Source: Stramenopiles sp. TOSAG23-3 (lineage: Eukaryota). Taken from it: a stretch of 35,186 bases of DNA. The stretch is from assembly GCA_900128585.1 (NCBI GenBank), contig LT642200.1, forward strand, positions 1 through 35,186, read 5' to 3'. This document shows positions 29,445 through 35,186 of the stretch, piece after piece. The position numbers and the translations under genes are program-made. Each line of letters starts with the position of its first letter. The stretch's first letter is position 1. Below the pieces are notes generated by a model. That model was not told where the DNA came from, searched no databases, and worked only from the letters and a program-made list of their open reading frames with translations.

Positions 29445-29601
29445 AAGGAAGAAGGAAGAAGGAAGAAGGAAGAAGGAAGAAGGAAGAAGGAAGAAGGAAG
29501 AAGGAAGAAGGAAGAAGGAAGAAAGAAGGAAGAAGGAAGAAGGAAGAAGGAAGAAGGAAGAAGAAAGAAGGAAGAAGAAAGAAGGAAGAAGAAAGAAGGA
29601 A
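29445..29601. repeat. Purine-only heptamer repeat (GAAGAAG)n, imperfect
   Basis: About 155 nt of A/G only with a 7-nt period. Confidence 0.95.
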
Positions 29602-29701
29602 GCAATAATTTGTTTGTTGTGTAACTATGGAACTTTTGTGTAATGAATATCACGCAGGTATTGTACGTATAATTGAATTATTCTATCGAAGAAAACTGAG
29701 A

Positions 29702-32700
29702 CTACTCAAAGAACTTGCCGGTACCACCTCGAGCAAACGGATTAGGACTTTGAGGTCCTCCCTTGGTGACGCCATTTGAAAGTTTTACACTAAGAGCTAA
29801 ATTTTCAGACGCCTGCTTCTGCAAAAACCCAGATACCATTTCTTCATCCTCGTCGCTACTGTATTGGAATGTGTCGTACATTGCGGCACCACCACTGCTC
29901 GCCTTTGGGGATGCCAATACAGCGTCCTTCATCGCTTCTTTCAATGCTTCACTTCCGTGGCGTTGCAGCGACATGGCGCGATCTCCACCGTGGTTATCGT
30001 TCCCATCGCTTCTTTGATAAGATCCCTTCTTTTTTGCCTGGGTTATAAAATCATACCCCAGTAAAGTGTCTGTTCCTGGGCGCCGCCCTTCATCGAAATC
30101 AAAGCACGCGTCCAAAAATTCAACCAAGGCATCCGACGATTGGTCGGGGTACTCGTTGCGAGGTGGTTCCATCGCGTTCGCTATGTGAAACATAAGGGTC
30201 ATTGCTGTATCGATTCCAAGAGAAGACCACGGCGGGTTGCCGGTAAACATATTCAAAACAGTCCCACCAACGCTCCAAATATCTGCCTTGCGCCCCTGTT
30301 TTTCTTGCTTGATCATTTCTGGGGCCATAAAATAAGGGGTCCCTCGATATTCCAATTCTTCCTTCCTAGAAATACTTTGCCCAGTCGTCAGCTGCCTTGC
30401 TGCACCAAAGTCAGCGAGTTTGACAGTGCCAATGTCGTCGATGAGGACATTTCCGGGCTTTATGTCTAAATGAATGACATCATTATTATGCAAGTATTGC
30501 AAGCCCAGTAGAATCTGGTGTGTATACGTCCGCGCGATCGTCTCTGTTAATCGACCGAATTTCTTCAAAATATCCACTAATGACCCTGCTGGAACCCACT
30601 CTGTAAATATAAACAGTTCGCGCGTTTTATCGTCCCATTGAGCGCCCAAATATCTTACAATATGTTCATGAGACAACGTCTTCATTACATTTATCTCATC
30701 TTGTAAATCTTGGAGTTCTTGCGGGTCGGAATTGGTGGCAACCTGCTTCACAGCCATCATTTCCCCCGTCTCGAGATTCAGCCCCATGTACACCCGGCCA
30801 TAAGCACCCTGGCCAATAATCTCCCCCCGTCTCCATTCTCCCAGTTCGCTGGGTGCACGTTTCCGGGCATTTCGGCGCCGGTCAGACTTCGAGTCAACAG
30901 GAACTGCACCTGTGCTTTTCGTGTCTTCTTTCGGTTTTGTTTCTTTCTTCGAATCATCCTTCTTCTTCACCACAACGTAATTCGCTGGAAAATACCCTTC
31001 GCCCCGCACGGAATTGCCCCACCACCAGTCGCCACTTTGCGACGTATCCGCCACCATCACCAAATCTCCCACGGCTAAAGACAACTCCGTTTCTATGTTG
31101 CTGTCATAAGTTTTGATCACTTGAACATAAAAAGGGACGGGAGGCGCCTCGGGTGGTGGCGCAGCGTTCGGATTTTCTTGCTGCTGCAGCAGCTGAGCCT
31201 TTGGGGGCGACGGGTAATAGTCCGCCTGGTTCTCCTCCAGCGGTCCTAAACTACACTTGGTTCTTAATTTTCCGATTACCCGCAGCACCTTCGCAGTATG
31301 TATCTTCTTTACCCCTAGCTCTAGCAAATCCTCCTTTCCTAGATCCAACAACGTTTCGCCGTCCACTTCCTTTAAATTGTCCCGTTTAACGGTCGCACGA
31401 ACAACTTTTAAATCCGCAGTGAAAGCAAACCACTTCATCACTTCTTGCGCACTCCACTGTTGCGCTTTCCGCTCATCTAAACTACACGCACCCTTCCACT
31501 CGTCGTAACTGAACCCAAAAAATATATTGTAATGTGACCCTACTGCTTGCCGTAGGTCGCATAGGCGGTTGTTTGCAGGCTGCGCGTTTGATCCACCGTA
31601 CTCGTGGACAATTGTCCACAATTTGTACCAATCGATGAGATCTATTCCGCCGTTTGTGTTTTGGTCAAAAAATTCAAGGGCTTCCCTCAATTCACGATCG
31701 CTCCAATTGAACCCGTGGTCGTAGACAAGTCGGCCAAACTCTTCTTTCGTAATTGTCCCCGTCCGAGAGTGGTCGTAGTCGTCGAAGGCCTGCTGGATCC
31801 CTTTGTCCGCTGCAACAGGCACTAGCTTTCGCAGTTGTCCGCCCGTCATATCTTTTGCAGGCTCCTTAAAGCTCAAAAGCTGTTCTTCTGTCGTTTTCCT
31901 GCTCAACGTTGACCTTTGGAACGGGACGTTTCTTTTTCCGCGGGTGCTGTTTCCACCCCGTGTGACTTTGTGGTCCCTCAGCGAAGCAGCTTGGGCCATC
32001 GCGAGCGCGCGAGCTTCGCGGTCATTTAAACGCTTCCGGATGGTTGCCTCCTTTTCACTTTCTCGAATGGCCTTGGCAAAATCGTCTTCGCTGCCATGCT
32101 GGCCACCATTGCTGACAGCGTTGTACGAACCGTCGCTGTACGCATGGGTCGTAGTAGAAGACAGGGATGCCGCAGATGAATTATCGTAACTATTGTGGTG
32201 GGACGGCGACGGGCTTCCCAATTTTGCACTCTGGCAATGCTCGCAGATGGTTGTCATCGGGGCATTCATCCATGTACAAGTGGAGCATGCCCAGTTTGCC
32301 CTGGAGGGTGACGCGCTGTAAGATGGGTCGTCGTATTTTTGGGCCACATGCTGCTCCGTTTCCACTGCCAAATTTTTCTCGTGCATCATTTTCTGGAACA
32401 ACATAAAATCTTCAAAGGTAAAAAGTTTGCGCAACAACGTTTTTAAAGCAGCGTCTCGGGGGCCCATATCGTTCTGGCTCAACTTGATTTCGCAAGCATA
32501 GATAAACTCTTCCGGCGTGCTCCCTATTTCTCTTAATACTCCTTCCAGCATTCCTTCCACCAATTCACGAAATTCACGAAAAACTTCCCACTGGCCGTGA
32601 TCGTGCTCGCCCTCGATGTCCGAGAAAATAGCACAGTGGGAATCTATAAATGTTGTTATCATCGCTTTCCAGTCCGGCCCTTTCAAGTAATTTTCGATGG

Positions 32701-32863
32701 ACTCTACCACGACGTCTGGTCCTAAATCCGACATTCTTGTTACAGTTCCCCCGGGTGAAGACACCTCCGTCACCCTCTCTTTTCTGCACATCACGCACGA
32801 GAGGTCAACGTTTTTGTTGTAATATGTACAATTTGGGCAGGCCCACTCGTCGGAGGACGCCAT
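29702..32863 (-). CDS. MAPKKK (STE11/MEKK/NPK1-like) kinase with RanBP2-ZnF, BART, UIM, EF-hand, SAM and SH3 domains
   Basis: Kinase motifs WRRGEIIGQGAYGRVY..LNLETGEMMAVKQV, HLDIKPGNVL, KLADFGAA, GTPYFMAPE and ADIWSVG. WACPNCTYYN...CVMC and WACSTCTWMN...CEHC (RanBP2). WKAMITTFIDSHCAIF...FREFRELVEGMLE...EDFMLFQKMM (BART). DDFAKAIRESEKE (UIM). DHSRTGTITKEEF/DQNTNGGIDLIDW (EF-hands). WSAQEV...VDGETLLDL...LGV (SAM). ELSLAVGD...WWWG...GYFPANYV (SH3). Confidence 0.9.
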   Translation of the reverse strand: MASSDEWACPNCTYYNKNVDLSCVMCRKERVTEVSSPGGTVTRMSDLGPDVVVESIENYLKGPDWKAMITTFIDSHCAIFSDIEGEHDHGQWEVFREFRELVEGMLEGVLREIGSTPEEFIYACEIKLSQNDMGPRDAALKTLLRKLFTFEDFMLFQKMMHEKNLAVETEQHVAQKYDDPSYSASPSRANWACSTCTWMNAPMTTICEHCQSAKLGSPSPSHHNSYDNSSAASLSSTTTHAYSDGSYNAVSNGGQHGSEDDFAKAIRESEKEATIRKRLNDREARALAMAQAASLRDHKVTRGGNSTRGKRNVPFQRSTLSRKTTEEQLLSFKEPAKDMTGGQLRKLVPVAADKGIQQAFDDYDHSRTGTITKEEFGRLVYDHGFNWSDRELREALEFFDQNTNGGIDLIDWYKLWTIVHEYGGSNAQPANNRLCDLRQAVGSHYNIFFGFSYDEWKGACSLDERKAQQWSAQEVMKWFAFTADLKVVRATVKRDNLKEVDGETLLDLGKEDLLELGVKKIHTAKVLRVIGKLRTKCSLGPLEENQADYYPSPPKAQLLQQQENPNAAPPPEAPPVPFYVQVIKTYDSNIETELSLAVGDLVMVADTSQSGDWWWGNSVRGEGYFPANYVVVKKKDDSKKETKPKEDTKSTGAVPVDSKSDRRRNARKRAPSELGEWRRGEIIGQGAYGRVYMGLNLETGEMMAVKQVATNSDPQELQDLQDEINVMKTLSHEHIVRYLGAQWDDKTRELFIFTEWVPAGSLVDILKKFGRLTETIARTYTHQILLGLQYLHNNDVIHLDIKPGNVLIDDIGTVKLADFGAARQLTTGQSISRKEELEYRGTPYFMAPEMIKQEKQGRKADIWSVGGTVLNMFTGNPPWSSLGIDTAMTLMFHIANAMEPPRNEYPDQSSDALVEFLDACFDFDEGRRPGTDTLLGYDFITQAKKKGSYQRSDGNDNHGGDRAMSLQRHGSEALKEAMKDAVLASPKASSGGAAMYDTFQYSSDEDEEMVSGFLQKQASENLALSVKLSNGVTKGGPQSPNPFARGGTGKFFE

Positions 32864-33272
32864 CTCCCGCTTACGACGCAGTCAAGTACGACGGGCCGGT
32901 GTAAGGAATAAAACAATACCCCCAAAAAACCGATGAATTTGGACTTTGGCATTCAATTTTCAGTCACCCCACGCGTACATCCATACAATATTCCCTACTC
33001 ATTTTTAAACAAGGTAATGTGTAGCACACGAACGTCCTCGAATTAAAAAGGCGCGAGGAGCACCGACGACGACGATCCCCCCAACCTGCACAACAAACAC
33101 AATTTGATGATACTATCATCATATATTAATGCTGTTGTTGCATTCTTCTTCTTTTCTTCTCGTCGTATTACGGTAGTCTCCTTCTACAACAGGTAATACC
33201 AGGTAAGTACCGTACCGTAGCTCTTATGACACCGGACAAACTGTGTCATTTAATTTTTTTGCTGTTTATATA

Positions 33273-33287
33273 CCCTAACCCTAACCC
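33273..33287. repeat. Short telomere-like tract (CCCTAA)2CCC
   Basis: CCCTAACCCTAACCC in a divergent intergenic region. Confidence 0.5.
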
Positions 33288-33319
33288 TTTTTGAGAGGTT
33301 CCGTTGTACGAGGAGGTAG

Positions 33320-33382
33320 TACGGTACCAGGTATTATTTAATACCTGGTACGTACCGGTATTTTATACCACCGGTAGGTGGT
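33320..33382. promoter_or_regulatory. Palindromic GGTA/TACC upstream element (copy B)
   Basis: Perfect 13-bp inverted repeat GTACCAGGTATTA-TT-TAATACCTGGTAC (33324-33351), followed by GTACCGGTA and ATACCACCGGTAGGTGGT. Confidence 0.45.
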
Positions 33383-33663
33383 GAAGAAGTTTATTCAAGA
33401 CTTCTTCATACTTCATATCCGTACCCTATTCGTAACATTATTTTCATTTAGCATAACCATAGCATTGTTTATAATTTTTTTTACTTGTTAGTCGTCTAGT
33501 ATGAATAATAGTAGTGTAATTTGTTATATAGGTTATATAAAAAAATAGACGACAACAAAAACTAGAGTTTGTGCCTGGGTGGTGTGTGGTGTATTTTATT
33601 ATTATTTAATATTTGAGGAATCAATTTACAATAAAACATTTTAATTAGAAAATGAAGAAGGGG

Positions 33664-33693
33664 GAGGTGAGGTGAGGTGAGGTGAGGTGAGGT
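33664..33693. repeat. (GAGGT)6 microsatellite
   Basis: Directly visible. Confidence 0.95.
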
Positions 33694-33962
33694 GAACGCG
33701 ACTTTTGTATTTTTTATATTAATAATAGGTAAATGATAAACAGTGTATAAAAAAACAACCAACACAACACATGTACGAAAATATAATAAATGTTTTATAT
33801 TTTATTTAGTCGTCTTCGTTCTGTGTCATATATACATATGACAAATTATTTACTTTCAGACAGAAGAGATATCACATTATTGAACAGAAAGTCATACTTT
33901 AGAAAGTTCATGGCAAGATTGTTTGTTAGAAAGACTTGAACTTAACCGTAGACTTGAACAGA

Positions 33963-34418
33963 ATGAGATCGTTCGTTCCATTGCTTCTTTTGGTGGGCTC
34001 TATTGTCCTTGCTAGAACTCCCGCAGCTTTCGCTAAAGAGGACCTTGTCAAGTGCATGGAACTTGCAAAAGAAAAATGTGCGCCTAATGATTTGCTAGAA
34101 GATGCAAAAATTGGATTGAAAAAGAGCCCCATTCCTATTTTGATAAATGGAAAGCCTCTTGAGATACCAACAAAGGAAGAAGATAGAGCGGCATTTTTGG
34201 GCAGCATACTGAAGCAAACCCTTCCAGATGAGTTGAAACTTGTTGGCAAACTTATGTTTTGTGGTATGGGAAATTATGTTAAGAAGAAGTGTGCCAAAGG
34301 CACCGTCGCAGCTTTGGCGGAGACGTGTGGGGTCGAGGGCCTTAGCGAGGACAAGATCAAGGCCGAGTGCCCAGAAGCAATGTTTAAGGGGTTGAGGGCT
34401 AATAAAAATGCTGCATAG
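33963..34418 (+). CDS. Small secreted Cys-containing hypothetical protein (151 aa)
   Basis: ATG at 33963 gives a signal-peptide-like MRSFVPLLLLVGSIVLARTPAAFA; the mature part has 6 Cys and coding-like composition. Confidence 0.7.
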   Translation: MRSFVPLLLLVGSIVLARTPAAFAKEDLVKCMELAKEKCAPNDLLEDAKIGLKKSPIPILINGKPLEIPTKEEDRAAFLGSILKQTLPDELKLVGKLMFCGMGNYVKKKCAKGTVAALAETCGVEGLSEDKIKAECPEAMFKGLRANKNAA

Positions 34419-34784
34419 AAAAACGAAGCTGGTGAGCGTGCTGTGCGATTTATCGGGAGAAGGAATCTCGACGTAAGTTGAAATAAAAACTTTTTTAGCG
34501 CTTACATACATTTTTTTATTTGTTTTAAGATTAACATATTATGGTTAGTAAAATCGCAAGAGCAGAGATATGTTCGCAGTTTATGAAAAGGAACGTAAAC
34601 CTTTAATGGGCAAAAGGAGCAGATTCATTTTCGCGGCCATTAATTTCATACCGATCATTCTTTCATAAAGCAGTACAACAGAAAACGAGCGCCTTTAAAA
34701 CATTTATGCCGCTGTTTACTTGCCAATTCGAATCTTGACCAGAACTTGGGGAGGATCTACAACAGGAGGCCGTGTTAGTATTGA

Positions 34785-35090
34785 CGAGGGGGCTTTACGT
34801 ATACCTATCTTTGTGCCATTTTAACGGAAACGTTTTTCAAAAGCAAAATGCATTTTAGTACTTTTAAAAAGAATTTTAAAATCGCACCGGCGAATTCAAA
34901 GAACCTTAAGGTGTTCTTGAAAACAAATTTCCAGATGAACTCGGATGTATTTGTACACACAATGCTGCACCAAGTCGTCGGTATGGACAAAATCAATACT
35001 GTCGCTACCGGGGCAACGGACGCCTTGACCCTGCTTAGAAACTACGCCGCTAGTCTAGAGAGCAAAGATAAAAACGATGCGACTTTGTAG
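34785..35090 (+). pseudogene. Possible gene remnant or short hypothetical ORF
   Basis: Frame is open from 34785 (after a TGA) to TAG at 35088-35090, with ATG at 34848. Upstream 34540-34780 has coding-like GC but is interrupted in all three + frames. No recognisable family. Confidence 0.25.
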
Positions 35091-35186
35091 TACAATTATT
35101 AGTAATAAAAAAATATGTTCCTTCTAGAGTCTAGATTCATTTCATACTTCTCAGTTTTGCTTTGTCTTTCAATGGCTAGTCTTCGC

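Noticed and set aside
29411-29653. ORFs on both strands with KKEEGRR / LLPSSFF repeats
   Set aside because: Translations of the heptamer purine repeat.

Overview
Eukaryotic nuclear DNA from a compact genome with no evident introns here, most plausibly a flagellated protist. A stramenopile-like origin is a guess, not a determination. About 16 single-exon CDSs of moderate to high GC are separated by very AT-rich, microsatellite-rich intergenic regions, and there is one 68-nt N gap. Housekeeping genes: UTP25/DEF, TRM82/WDR4, an HD-domain hydrolase, a Tubby-like protein, CAF1/CNOT7, an NDUFAF4-like protein, RPN5/PSMD12 and an OXNAD1-like oxidoreductase. Four genes have unusual multidomain architectures: (1) a non-RD MAPKKK-like kinase fused to a BART (ARL2/ARL3-binding) domain, two RanBP2 zinc fingers, UIMs, EF-hands, SAM and SH3; (2) an RBR E3 ligase with tandem WWE domains, a split CxxCxGxG zinc finger and a duplicated N-terminal Rcat lacking the catalytic Cys; (3) a PWWP-like/Ulp1 protease fusion; (4) a Tudor + KDM2/7-type JmjC + zf-4CXXC_R1-like protein. 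Non-coding signals include a candidate bicistronic locus (small ELM2-like ORF ending 8 nt before TRM82), a recurrent palindromic GGTA/TACC element seen upstream of genes, and a 64-bp direct duplication. All domain calls come from reading motifs by eye; no searches were run.
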